NCBI GenBank assembly: GCA_964057225.1
Contig: OZ059895.1
Coordinates: forward strand, 12,710,001 to 12,774,000
Length of the DNA: 64,000 bases
Source: Auanema rhodensis
Lineage: Eukaryota > Animalia > Nematoda
Direction of reading: 5' to 3'
The stretch's first letter is position 1. Every line of letters starts with the position of its first letter. A model generated the notes under the pieces. It was not told where the DNA came from. It made no database searches and saw nothing but the letters and a program-made list of their open reading frames with translations. The position numbers and the translations under genes are program-made. Shown piece after piece: positions 31,101-46,100 of this stretch.

Positions 31101-34100
31101 AACGTAGAAAATTACATAACTAACATGAAATTGGAAAAAAAACAATAACGAGGATAAGTATGTAAATCATTGAATATCAGGTATTTTCGCTTACGACCAT
31201 ACCACGTTGAAAGTACGCCATCCCGTCCGATCTGGCAAGTCAAGCAACGTTGGGCCCGGTTAGTACTTGGATCGGAGACGGCTTGGGAATCCCGGGTGCC
31301 GTAAGCTTTTCAATTTTTTTTAACGATCATACCACGTTGAAAGTACGCAATGCAGCTGATTTTCAATTTTATCTCTTCCGTAACAAATGTTTTTAATTTT
31401 CCAGCAGTTTTACTTAGATAGCTCAACCCAAGGCATCAAAATATCTTCAATCTTATTTCTATATTACAGTTATAAACCAGTAGTTTATGAACCTTCATCT
31501 TAACTTTACTGTTTCTATCTATTTCCTATTGAAACAAACATTGTTTAAACACTATACAACTGTGAAACCTTTTTTAATTTATTGTATTTGGAGCTCATAA
31601 GATTTGATATCATCGAGGAATTTAGATGTAACGTAGAAAATCACATAACTAACATGAAATTGAAAAAAAACAATAACGAGGATAAGTATGTAAATCATTG
31701 AATATCAGATTTTTTCGCTTACGACCATACCACGTTGAAAGTACGCCATGCAGCTGATTTTCAATTTTATCTCTTCCGTAACAAATGTTTCTAATTTTCC
31801 AGCAGTTTTACTTAGATAGCTCAACCCAAGGCATCAAAATATCTTCAATCTTATTTCTATATTACAGTTATAAACCAGTAGTTTATGAACCTTCATCTTA
31901 ACTTTACTGTTTCTATCTATTTCCTATTGGAACAAACATTGTTTTAACACTATACAACTGTGAAACCTTTTTTAATTTATTGTATTTGGAGCTCATAAGA
32001 TTTGATATCATCGAGGAATTTAGATGTAACGTAGAAAATTACATAACTAACATGAAATTGGAAAAAAAAACAATAACGAGGATAAGTATGTAAATCATTG
32101 AATATCAGGTATTTTCGCTTACGACCATACCACGTTGAAAGTACGCCATCCCGTCCGATCTGGCAAGTCAAGCAACGTTGGGCCCGGTTAGTACTTGGAT
32201 CGGAGACGGCTTGGGAATCCCGGGTGCCGTAAGCTTTTCAAATTTTTTTAACGATCATACCACGTTGAAAGTACGCCATGCAGCTGATTTTCAATTTTAT
32301 CTCTTCAGTAACAAATGTTTTTAATTTTCCAGCAGTTTTACTTAGATAGCTCAACCCAAGGCATCAAAATATCTTCAATCTTATTTCTATATTACAGTTA
32401 TAAACCAGTAGTTTATGAACCTTCATCTTAACTTTACTGTTTCTATCTATTTCCTATTGAAACAAACATTGTTTTAACACTATACAACTGTGAAACCTTT
32501 TTTAATTTATTGTATTTGGAGCTCATAAGATTTGATATCATCGAGGAATTTAGATGTAACGTAGAAAATTACATAACTAACATGAAATTGGAAAAAAAAC
32601 AATAACGAGGATAAGTATGTAAATCATTGAATATCAGGTATTTTCGCTTACGACCATACCACGTTGAAAGTACGCCATCCCGTCCGATCTGGCAAGTCAA
32701 GCAACGTTGGGCCCGGTTAGTACTTGGATCGGAGACGGCTTGGGAATCCCGGGTGCCGTAAGCTTTTCAAATTTTTTTAACGATCATACCACGTTGAAAG
32801 TACGCCATGCAGCTGATTTTCAATTTTATCTCTTCAGTAACAAATGTTTTTAATTTTCCAGCAGTTTTACTTAGATAGCTCAACCCAAGGCATCAAAATA
32901 TCTTCAATCTTATTTCTATATTACAGTTATAAACCAGTAGTTTATGAACCTTCATCTTAACTTTACTGTTTCTATCTATTTCCTATTGAAACAAACATTG
33001 TTTAAACACTATACAACTGTGAAACCTTTTTTAATTTATTGTATTTGGAGCTCATAAGATTTGATATCATCGAGGAATTTAGATGTAACGTAGAAAATTA
33101 CATAACTAACATGAAATTGAAAAAAAACAATAACGAGGATAAGTATGTAAATCATTGAATATCAGATTTTTTCGCTTACGACCATACCACGTTGAAAGTA
33201 CGCCATGCAGCTGATTTTCAATTTTATCTCTTCCGTAACAAATGTTTTTAATTTTCCAGCAGTTTTACTTAGATAGCTCAACCCAAGGCATCAAAATATC
33301 TTCAATCTTATTTCTATATTACAGTTATAAACCAGTAGTTTATGAACCTTCATCTTAACTTTACTGTTTCTATCTATTTCCTATTGGAACAAACATTGTT
33401 TTAACACTATACAACTGTGAAACCTTTTTTAATTTATTGTATTTGGAGCTCATAAGATTTGATATCATCGAGGAATTTAGATGTAACGTAGAAAATTACA
33501 TAACTAACATGAAATTGGAAAAAAAAACAATAACGAGGATAAGTATGTAAATCATTGAATATCAGGTATTTTCGCTTACGACCATACCACGTTGAAAGTA
33601 CGCCATCCCGTCCGATCTGGCAAGTCAAGCAACGTTGGGCCCGGTTAGTACTTGGATCGGAGACGGCTTGGGAATCCCGGGTGCCGTAAGCTTTTCAAAT
33701 TTTTTTAACGATCATACCACGTTGAAAGTACGCCATGCAGCTGATTTTCAATTTTATCTCTTCAGTAACAAATGTTTTTAATTTTCCAGCAGTTTTACTT
33801 AGATAGCTCAACCCAAGGCATCAAAATATCTTCAATCTTATTTCTATATTACAGTTATAAACCAGTAGTTTATGAACCTTCATCTTAACTTTACTGTTTC
33901 TATCTATTTCCTATTGAAACAAACATTGTTTTAACACTATACAACTGTGAAACCTTTTTTAATTTATTGTATTTGGAGCTCATAAGATTTGATATCATCG
34001 AGGAATTTAGATGTAACGTAGAAAATTACATAACTAACATGAAATTGGAAAAAAAACAATAACGAGGATAAGTATGTAAATCATTGAATATCAGGTATTT

Positions 34101-37100
34101 TCGCTTACGACCATACCACGTTGAAAGTACGCCATCCCGTCCGATCTGGCAAGTCAAGCAACGTTGGGCCCGGTTAGTACTTGGATCGGAGACGGCTTGG
34201 GAATCCCGGGTGCCGTAAGCTTTTCAAATTTTTTTAACGATCATACCACGTTGAAAGTACGCCATGCAGCTGATTTTCAATTTTATCTCTTCAGTAACAA
34301 ATGTTTTTAATTTTCCAGCAGTTTTACTTAGATAGCTCAACCCAAGGCATCAAAATATCTTCAATCTTATTTCTATATTACAGTTATAAACCAGTAGTTT
34401 ATGAACCTTCATCTTAACTTTACTGTTTCTATCTATTTCCTATTGAAACAAACATTGTTTAAACACTATACAACTGTGAAACCTTTTTTAATTTATTGTA
34501 TTTGGAGCTCATAAGATTTGATATCATCGAGGAATTTAGATGTAACGTAGAAAATTACATAACTAACATGAAATTGAAAAAAAACAATAACGAGGATAAG
34601 TATGTAAATCATTGAATATCAGATTTTTTCGCTTACGACCATACCACGTTGAAAGTACGCCATGCAGCTGATTTTCAATTTTATCTCTTCCGTAACAAAT
34701 GTTTTTAATTTTCCAGCAGTTTTACTTAGATAGCTCAACCCAAGGCATCAAAATATCTTCAATCTTATTTCTATATTACAGTTATAAACCAGTAGTTTAT
34801 GAACCTTCATCTTAACTTTACTGTTTCTATCTATTTCCTATTGGAACAAACATTGTTTTAACACTATACAACTGTGAAACCTTTTTTAATTTATTGTATT
34901 TGGAGCTCATAAGATTTGATATCATCGAGGAATTTAGATGTAACGTAGAAAATTACATAACTAACATGAAATTGGAAAAAAAAACAATAACGAGGATAAG
35001 TATGTAAATCATTGAATATCAGGTATTTTCGCTTACGACCATACCACGTTGAAAGTACGCCATCCCGTCCGATCTGGCAAGTCAAGCAACGTTGGGCCCG
35101 GTTAGTACTTGGATCGGAGACGGCTTGGGAATCCCGGGTGCCGTAAGCTTTTCAAATTTTTTTAACGATCATACCACGTTGAAAGTACGCCATGCAGCTG
35201 ATTTTCAATTTTATCTCTTCAGTAACAAATGTTTTTAATTTTCCAGCAGTTTTACTTAGATAGCTCAACCCAAGGCATCAAAATATCTTCAATCTTATTT
35301 CTATATTACAGTTATAAACCAGTAGTTTATGAACCTTCATCTTAACTTTACTGTTTCTATCTATTTCCTATTGAAACAAACATTGTTTTAACACTATACA
35401 ACTGTGAAACCTTTTTTAATTTATTGTATTTGGAGCTCATAAGATTTGATATCATCGAGGAATTTAGATGTAACGTAGAAAATTACATAACTAACATGAA
35501 ATTGGAAAAAAAACAATAACGAGGATAAGTATGTAAATCATTGAATATCAGGTATTTTCGCTTACGACCATACCACGTTGAAAGTACGCCATCCCGTCCG
35601 ATCTGGCAAGTCAAGCAACGTTGGGCCCGGTTAGTACTTGGATCGGAGACGGCTTGGGAATCCCGGGTGCCGTAAGCTTTTCAAATTTTTTTAACGATCA
35701 TACCACGTTGAAAGTACGCCATGCAGCTGATTTTCAATTTTATCTCTTCAGTAACAAATGTTTTTAATTTTCCAGCAATTTTACTTAGATAGCTCAACCC
35801 AAGGCATCAAAATATCTTCAATCTTATTTCTATATTACAGTTATAAACCAGTAGTTTATGAACCTTCATCTCAACTTTACTGTTTCTATCTATTTCCTAT
35901 TGAAACAAACATTGTTTTAACACTATACAACTGTGAAACCTTTTTTAATTTATTGTATTTGGAGCTCATAAGATTTGATATCATCGAGGAATTTAGATGT
36001 AACGTAGAAAATTACATAACTAACATGAAATTGGAAAAAAAACAATAACGAGGATAAGTATGTAAATCATTGAATATCAGGTATTTTCGCTTACGACCAT
36101 ACCACGTTGAAAGTACGCCATCCCGTCCGATCTGGCAAGTCAAGCAACGTTGGGCCCGGTTAGTACTTGGATCGGAGACGGCTTGGGAATCCCAGGTGCC
36201 GTAAGCTTTTCAAATTTTTTTAACGATCATACCACGTTGAAAGTACGCCATGCAGCTGATTTTCAATTTTATCTCTTCAGTAACAAATGTTTTTAATTTT
36301 CCAGCAATTTTACTTAGATAGCTCAACCCAAGGCATCAAAATATCTTCAATCTTATTTCTATATTACAGTTATAAACCAGTAGTTTATGAACCTTCATCT
36401 TAACTTTACTGTTTCTATCTATTTCCTATTGAAACAAACATTGTTTTAACACTATACAACTGTGAAACCTTTTTTAATTTATTGTATTTGGAGCTCATAA
36501 GATTTGATATCATCGAGGAATTTAGATGTAACGTAGAAAATTACATAACTAACATGAAATTGGAAAAAAAACAATAACGAGGATAAGTATGTAAATCATT
36601 GAATATCAGGTATTTTCGCTTACGACCATACCACGTTGAAAGTACGCCATCCCGTCCGATCTGGCAAGTCAAGCAACGTTGGGCCCGGTTAGTACTTGGA
36701 TCGGAGACGGCTTGGGAATCCCGGGTGCCGTAAGCTTTTCAAATTTTTTTAACGATCATACCACGTTGAAAGTACGCCATGCAGCTGATTTTCAGTTTTA
36801 TCTCTTCAGTAACAAATGTTTTTAATTTTCCAGCAGTTTTACTTAGATAGCTCAACCCAAGGCATCAAAATATCTTCAATCTTATTTCTATATTACAGTT
36901 ATAAACCAGTAGTTTATGAACCTTCATCTTAACTTTACTGTTTCTATCTATTTCCTATTGAAACAAACATTGTTTTAACACTATACAACTGTGAAACCTT
37001 TTTTAATTTATTGTATTTGGAGCTCATAAGATTTGATATCATCGAGGAATTTAGATGTAACGTAGAAAATTACATAACTAACATGAAATTGGAAAAAAAA

Positions 37101-40100
37101 CAATAACGAGGATAAGTATGTAAATCATTGAATATCAGGTATTTTCGCTTACGACCATACCACGTTGAAAGTACGCCATCCCGTCCGATCTGGCAAGTCA
37201 AGCAACGTTGGGCCCGGTTAGTACTTGGATCGGAGACGGCTTGGGAATCCCGGGTGCCGTAAGCTTTTCAAATTTTTTTAACGATCATACCACGTTGAAA
37301 GTACGCCATGCAGCTGATTTTCAATTTTATCTCTTCAGTAACAAATGTTTTTAATTTTCCAGCAATTTTACTTAGATAGCTCAACCCAAGGCATCAAAAT
37401 ATCTTCAATCTTATTTCTATATTACAGTTATAAACCAGTAGTTTATGAACCTTCATCTTAACTTTACTGTTTCTATCTATTTCCTATTGAAACAAACATT
37501 GTTTTAACACTATACAACTGTGAAACCTTTTTTAATTTATTGTATTTGGAGCTCATAAGATTTGATATCATCGAGGAATTTAGATGTAACGTAGAAAATT
37601 ACATAACTAACATGAAATTGGAAAAAAAACAATAACGAGGATAAGTATGTAAATCATTGAATATCAGGTATTTTCGCTTACGACCATACCACGTTGAAAG
37701 TACGCCATCCCGTCCGATCTGGCAAGTCAAGCAACGTTGGGCCCGGTTAGTACTTGGATCGGAGACGGCTTGGGAATCCCGGGTGCCGTAAGCTTTTCAA
37801 ATTTTTTTAACGATCATACCACGTTGAAAGTACGCCATGCAGCTGATTTTCAATTTTATCTCTTCAGTAACAAATGTTTTTAATTTTCCAGCAGTTTTAC
37901 TTAGATAGCTCAACCCAAGGCATCAAAATATCTTCAATCTTATTTCTATATTACAGTTATAAACCAGTAGTTTATGAACCTTCATCTTAACTTTACTGTT
38001 TCTATCTATTTCCTATTGGAACAAACATTGTTTTAACACTATACAACTGTGAAACCTTTTTTAATTTATTGTATTTGGAGCTCATAAGATTTGATATCAT
38101 CGAGGAATTTAGATGTAACGTAGAAAATTACATAACTAACATGAAATTGGAAAAAAAAACAATAACGAGGATAAGTATGTAAATCATTGAATATCAGGTG
38201 TTTTCGCTTACGACCATACCACGTTGAAAGTACGCCATCCCGTCCGATCTGGCAAGTCAAGCAACGTTGGGCCCGGTTAGTACTTGGATCGGAGACGGCT
38301 TGGGAATCCCGGGTGCCGTAAGCTTTTCAAATTTTTTTAACGATCATACCACGTTGAAAGTACGCCATGCAGCTGATTTTCAATTTTATCTCTTCAGTAA
38401 CAAATGTTTTTAATTTTCCAGCAGTTTTACTTAGATAGCTCAACCCAAGGCATCAAAATATCTTCAATCTTATTTCTATATTACAGTTATAAACCAGTAG
38501 TTTATGAACCTTCATCTTAACTTTACTGTTTCTATCTATTTCCTATTGAAACAAACATTGTTTTAACACTATACAACTGTGAAACCTTTTTTAATTTATT
38601 GTATTTGGAGCTCATAAGATTTGATATCATCGAGGAATTTAGATGTAACGTAGAAAATTACATAACTAACATGAAATTGGAAAAAAAACAATAACGAGGA
38701 TAAGTATGTAAATCATTGAATATCAGGTATTTTCGCTTACGACCATACCACGTTGAAAGTACGCCATCCCGTCCGATCTGGCAAGTCAAGCAACGTTGGG
38801 CCCGGTTAGTACTTGGATCGGAGACGGCTTGGGAATCCCGGGTGCCGTAAGCTTTTCAAATTTTTTTAACGATCATACCACGTTGAAAGTACGCCATGCA
38901 GCTGATTTTCAATTTTATCTCTTCAGTAACAAATGTTTTTAATTTTCCAGCAATTTTACTTAGATAGCTCAACCCAAGGCATCAAAATATCTTCAATCTT
39001 ATTTCTATATTACAGTTATAAACCAGTAGTTTATGAACCTTCATCTCAACTTTACTGTTTCTATCTATTTCCTATTGAAACAAACATTGTTTTAACACTA
39101 TACAACTGTGAAACCTTTTTTAATTTATTGTATTTGGAGCTCATAAGATTTGATATCATCGAGGAATTTAGATGTAACGTAGAAAATTACATAACTAACA
39201 TGAAATTGGAAAAAAAACAATAACGAGGATAAGTATGTAAATCATTGAATATCAGGTATTTTCGCTTACGACCATACCACGTTGAAAGTACGCCATCCCG
39301 TCCGATCTGGCAAGTCAAGCAACGTTGGGCCCGGTTAGTACTTGGATCGGAGACGGCTTGGGAATCCCGGGTGCCGTAAGCTTTTCAAATTTTTTTAACG
39401 ATCATACCACGTTGAAAGTACGCCATGCAGCTGATTTTCAATTTTATCTCTTCAGTAACAAATGTTTTTAATTTTCCAGCAATTTTACTTAGATAGCTCA
39501 ACCCAAGGCATCAAAATATCTTCAATCTTATTTCTATATTACAGTTATAAACCAGTAGTTTATGAACCTTCATCTTAACTTTACTGTTTCTATCTATTTC
39601 CTATTGAAACAAACATTGTTTTAACACTATACAACTGTGAAACCTTTTTTAATTTATTGTATTTGGAGCTCATAAGATTTGATATCATCGAGGAATTTAG
39701 ATGTAACGTAGAAAATTACATAACTAACATGAAATTGGAAAAAAAACAATAACGAGGATAAGTATGTAAATCATTGAATATCAGGTATTTTCGCTTACGA
39801 CCATACCACGTTGAAAGTACGCCATCCCGTCCGATCTGGCAAGTCAAGCAACGTTGGGCCCGGTTAGTACTTGGATCGGAGACGGCTTGGGAATCCCGGG
39901 TGCCGTAAGCTTTTCAAATTTTTTTAACGATCATACCACGTTGAAAGTACGCCATGCAGCTGATTTTCAGTTTTATCTCTTCAGTAACAAATGTTTTTAA
40001 TTTTCCAGCAGTTTTACTTAGATAGCTCAACCCAAGGCATCAAAATATCTTCAATCTTATTTCTATATTACAGTTATAAACCAGTAGTTTATGAACCTTC

Positions 40101-43100
40101 ATCTTAACTTTACTGTTTCTATCTATTTCCTATTGAAACAAACATTGTTTTAACACTATACAACTGTGAAACCTTTTTTAATTTATTGTATTTGGAGCTC
40201 ATAAGATTTGATATCATCGAGGAATTTAGATGTAACGTAGAAAATTACATAACTAACATGAAATTGGAAAAAAAACAATAACGAGGATAAGTATGTAAAT
40301 CATTGAATATCAGGTATTTTCGCTTACGACCATACCACGTTGAAAGTACGCCATCCCGTCCGATCTGGCAAGTCAAGCAACGTTGGGCCCGGTTAGTACT
40401 TGGATCGGAGACGGCTTGGGAATCCCGGGTGCCGTAAGCTTTTCAAATTTTTTTAACGATCATACCACGTTGAAAGTACGCCATGCAGCTGATTTTCAAT
40501 TTTATCTCTTCAGTAACAAATGTTTTTAATTTTCCAGCAATTTTACTTAGATAGCTCAACCCAAGGCATCAAAATATCTTCAATCTTATTTCTATATTAC
40601 AGTTATAAACCAGTAGTTTATGAACCTTCATCTTAACTTTACTGTTTCTATCTATTTCCTATTGAAACAAACATTGTTTTAACACTATACAACTGTGAAA
40701 CCTTTTTTAATTTATTGTATTTGGAGCTCATAAGATTTGATATCATCGAGGAATTTAGATGTAACGTAGAAAATTACATAACTAACATGAAATTGGAAAA
40801 AAAACAATAACGAGGATAAGTATGTAAATCATTGAATATCAGGTATTTTCGCTTACGACCATACCACGTTGAAAGTACGCCATCCCGTCCGATCTGGCAA
40901 GTCAAGCAACGTTGGGCCCGGTTAGTACTTGGATCGGAGACGGCTTGGGAATCCCGGGTGCCGTAAGCTTTTCAAATTTTTTTAACGATCATACCACGTT
41001 GAAAGTACGCCATGCAGCTGATTTTCAATTTTATCTCTTCAGTAACAAATGTTTTTAATTTTCCAGCAGTTTTACTTAGATAGCTCAACCCAAGGCATCA
41101 AAATATCTTCAATCTTATTTCTATATTACAGTTATAAACCAGTAGTTTATGAACCTTCATCTTAACTTTACTGTTTCTATCTATTTCCTATTGAAACAAA
41201 CATTGTTTTAACACTATACAACTGTGAAACCTTTTTTAATTTATTGTATTTGGAGCTCATAAGATTTGATATCATCGAGGAATTTAGATGTAACGTAGAA
41301 AATTACATAACTAACATGAAATTGGAAAAAAAACAATAACGAGGATAAGTATGTAAATCATTGAATATCAGGTATTTTCGCTTACGACCATACCACGTTG
41401 AAAGTACGCCATCCCGTCCGATCTGGCAAGTCAAGCAACGTTGGGCCCGGTTAGTACTTGGATCGGAGACGGCTTGGGAATCCCGGGTGCCGTAAGCTTT
41501 TCAATTTTTTTTAACGATCATACCACGTTGAAAGTACGCCATGCAGCTGATTTTCAATTTTATCTCTTCAGTAACAAATGTTTTTAATTTTCCAGCAGTT
41601 TTACTTAGATAGCTCAACCCAAGGCATCAAAATATCTTCAATCTTATTTCTATATTACAGTTATAAACCAGTAGTTTATGAACCTTCATCTTAACTTTAC
41701 TGTTTCTATCTATTTCCTATTGAAACAAACATTGTTTTAACACTATACAACTGTGAAACCTTTTTTAATTTATTGTATTTGGAGCTCATAAGATTTGATA
41801 TCATCGAGGAATTTAGATGTAACGTAGAAAATTACATAACTAACATGAAATTGGAAAAAAAACAATAACGAGGATAAGTATGTAAATCATTGAATATCAG
41901 GTATTTTCGCTTACGACCATACCACGTTGAAAGTACGCCATCCCGTCCGATCTGGCAAGTCAAGCAACGTTGGGCCCGGTTAGTACTTGGATCGGAGACG
42001 GCTTGGGAATCCCGGGTGCCGTAAGCTTTTCAAATTTTTTTAACGATCATACCACGTTGAAAGTACGCCATGCAGCTGATTTTCAATTTTATCTCTTCAG
42101 TAACAAATGTTTTTAATTTTCCAGCAGTTTTACTTAGATAGCTCAACCCAAGGCATCAAAATATCTTCAATCTTATTTCTATATTACAGTTATAAACCAG
42201 TAGTTTATGAACCTTCATCTTAACTTTACTGTTTCTATCTATTTCCTATTGAAACAAACATTGTTTAAACACTATACAACTGTGAAACCTTTTTTAATTT
42301 ATTGTATTTGGAGCTCATAAGATTTGATATCATCGAGGAATTTAGATGTAACGTAGAAAATTACATAACTAACATGAAATTGAAAAAAAACAATAACGAG
42401 GATAAGTATGTAAATCATTGAATATCAGATTTTTTCGCTTACGACCATACCACGTTGAAAGTACGCCATGCAGCTGATTTTCAATTTTATCTCTTCCGTA
42501 ACAAATGTTTTTAATTTTCCAGCAGTTTTACTTAGATAGCTCAACCCAAGGCATCAAAATATCTTCAATCTTATTTCTATATTACAGTTATAAACCAGTA
42601 GTTTATGAACCTTCATCTTAACTTTACTGTTTCTATCTATTTCCTATTGGAACAAACATTGTTTTAACACTATACAACTGTGAAACCTTTTTTAATTTAT
42701 TGTATTTGGAGCTCATAAGATTTGATATCATCGAGGAATTTAGATGTAACGTAGAAAATTACATAACTAACATGAAATTGGAAAAAAAAACAATAACGAG
42801 GATAAGTATGTAAATCATTGAATATCAGGTATTTTCGCTTACGACCATACCACGTTGAAAGTACGCCATCCCGTCCGATCTGGCAAGTCAAGCAACGTTG
42901 GGCCCGGTTAGTACTTGGATCGGAGACGGCTTGGGAATCCCGGGTGCCGTAAGCTTTTCAAATTTTTTTAACGATCATACCACGTTGAAAGTACGCCATG
43001 CAGCTGATTTTCAATTCTATCTCTTCAGTAACAAATGTTTTTAATTTTCCAGCAGTTTTACTTAGATAGCTCAACCCAAGGCATCAAAATATCTTCAATC

Positions 43101-46100
43101 TTATTTCTATATTACAGTTATAAACCAGTAGTTTATGAACCTTCATCTTAACTTTACTGTTTCTATCTATTTCCTATTGAAACAAACATTGTTTTAACAC
43201 TATACAACTGTGAAACCTTTTTTAATTTATTGTATTTGGAGCTCATAAGATTTGATATCATCGAGGAATTTAGATGTAACGTAGAAAATTACATAACTAA
43301 CATGAAATTGGAAAAAAAACAATAACGAGGATAAGTATGTAAATCATTGAATATCAGGTATTTTCGCTTACGACCATACCACGTTGAAAGTACGCCATCC
43401 CGTCCGATCTGGCAAGTCAAGCAACGTTGGGCCCGGTTAGTACTTGGATCGGAGACGGCTTGGGAATCCCGGGTGCCGTAAGCTTTTCAAATTTTTTTAA
43501 CGATCATACCACGTTGAAAGTACGCCATGCAGCTGATTTTCAATTTTATCTCTTCAGTAACAAATGTTTTTAATTTTCCAGCAATTTTACTTAGATAGCT
43601 CAACCCAAGGCATCAAAATATCTTCAATCTTATTTCTATATTACAGTTATAAACCAGTAGTTTATGAACCTTCATCTTAACTTTACTGTTTCTATCTATT
43701 TCCTATTGAAACAAACATTGTTTTAACACTATACAACTGTGAAACCTTTTTTAATTTATTGTATTTGGAGCTCATAAGATTTGATATCATCGAGGAATTT
43801 AGATGTAACGTAGAAAATTACATAACTAACATGAAATTGGAAAAAAAACAATAACGAGGATAAGTATGTAAATCATTGAATATCAGGTATTTTCGCTTAC
43901 GACCATACCACGTTGAAAGTACGCCATCCCGTCCGATCTGGCAAGTCAAGCAACGTTGGGCCCGGTTAGTACTTGGATCGGAGACGGCTTGGGAATCCCG
44001 GGTGCCGTAAGCTTTTCAAATTTTTTTAACGATCATACCACGTTGAAAGTACGCCATGCAGCTGATTTTCAATTTTATCTCTTCAGTAACAAATGTTTTT
44101 AATTTTCCAGCAATTTTACTTAGATAGCTCAACCCAAGGCATCAAAATATCTTCAATCTTATTTCTATATTACAGTTATAAACCAGTAGTTTATGAACCT
44201 TCATCTTAACTTTACTGTTTCTATCTATTTCCTATTGAAACAAACATTGTTTTAACACTATACAACTGTGAAACCTTTTTTAATTTATTGTATTTGGAGC
44301 TCATAAGATTTGATATCATCGAGGAATTTAGATGTAACGTAGAAAATTACATAACTAACATGAAATTGGAAAAAAAACAATAACGAGGATAAGTATGTAA
44401 ATCATTGAATATCAGGTATTTTCGCTTACGACCATACCACGTTGAAAGTACGCCATCCCGTCCGATCTGGCAAGTCAAGCAACGTTGGGCCCGGTTAGTA
44501 CTTGGATCGGAGACGGCTTGGGAATCCCGGGTGCCGTAAGCTTTTCAAAGTTTTTTAACGATCATACCACGTTGAAAGTACGCCATGCAGCTGATTTTCA
44601 ATTTTATCTCTTCAGTAACAAATGTTTTTAATTTTCCAGCAGTTTTACTTAGATAGCTCAACCCAAGGCATCAAAATATCTTCAATCTTATTTCTATATT
44701 ACAGTTATAAACCAGTAGTTTATGAACCTTCATCTTAACTTCACTGTTTCTATCTATTTCCTATTGAAACAAACATTGTTTTAACACTATACAACTGTGA
44801 AACCTTTTTTAATTTATTGTATTTGGAGCTCATAAGATTTGATATCATCGAGGAATTTAGATGTAACGTAGAAAATTACATAACTAACATGAAATTGGAA
44901 AAAAAACAATAACGAGGATAAGTATGTAAATCATTGAATATCAGGTATTTTCGCTTACGACCATACCACGTTGAAAGTACGCCATCCCGTCCGATCTGGC
45001 AAGTCAAGCAACGTTGGGCCCGGTTAGTACTTGGATCGGAGACGGCTTGGGAATCCCGGGTGCCGTAAGCTTTTCAAATTTTTTTAACGATCATACCACG
45101 TTGAAAGTACGCCATGCAGCTGATTTTCAATTTTATCTCTTCAGTAACAAATGTTTTTAATTTTCCAGCAATTTTACTTAGATAGCTCAACCCAAGGCAT
45201 CAAAATATCTTCAATCTTATTTCTATATTACAGTTATAAACCAGTAGTTTATGAACCTTCATCTTAACTTTACTGTTTCTATCTATTTCCTATTGAAACA
45301 AACATTGTTTAAACACTATACAACTGTGAAACCTTTTTTAATTTATTGTATTTGGAGCTCATAAGATTTGATATCATCGAGGAATTTAGATGTAACGTAG
45401 AAAATTACATAACTAACATGAAATTGAAAAAAAACAATAACGAGGATAAGTATGTAAATCATTGAATATCAGATTTTTTCGCTTACGACCATACCACGTT
45501 GAAAGTACGCCATGCAGCTGATTTTCAATTTTATCTCTTCCGTAACAAATGTTTTTAATTTTCCAGCAGTTTTACTTAGATAGCTCAACCCAAGGCATCA
45601 AAATATCTTCAATCTTATTTCTATATTACAGTTATAAACCAGTAGTTTATGAACCTTCATCTTAACTTTACTGTTTCTATCTATTTCCTATTGGAACAAA
45701 CATTGTTTTAACACTATACAACTGTGAAACCTTTTTTAATTTATTGTATTTGGAGCTCATAAGATTTGATATCATCGAGGAATTTAGATGTAACGTAGAA
45801 AATTACATAACTAACATGAAATTGGAAAAAAAAACAATAACGAGGATAAGTATGTAAATCATTGAATATCAGGTATTTTCGCTTACGACCATACCACGTT
45901 GAAAGTACGCCATCCCGTCCGATCTGGCAAGTCAAGCAACGTTGGGCCCGGTTAGTACTTGGATCGGAGACGGCTTGGGAATCCCGGGTGCCGTAAGCTT
46001 TTCAAATTTTTTTAACGATCATACCACGTTGAAAGTACGCCATGCAGCTGATTTTCAATTCTATCTCTTCAGTAACAAATGTTTTTAATTTTCCAGCAGT

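Noticed and set aside
35758-39223. Two 96-aa plus-strand spacer ORFs (MFLIFQQ...)
   Set aside because: Created by a single TAA>CAA change in two units of an AT-rich spacer; closed in the other units.
16892-45935. Seven copies of a 64-aa minus-strand ORF (MTCQIGRDG...)
   Set aside because: Antisense to 5S, TTG start, and only open in units with one extra A in a homopolymer.
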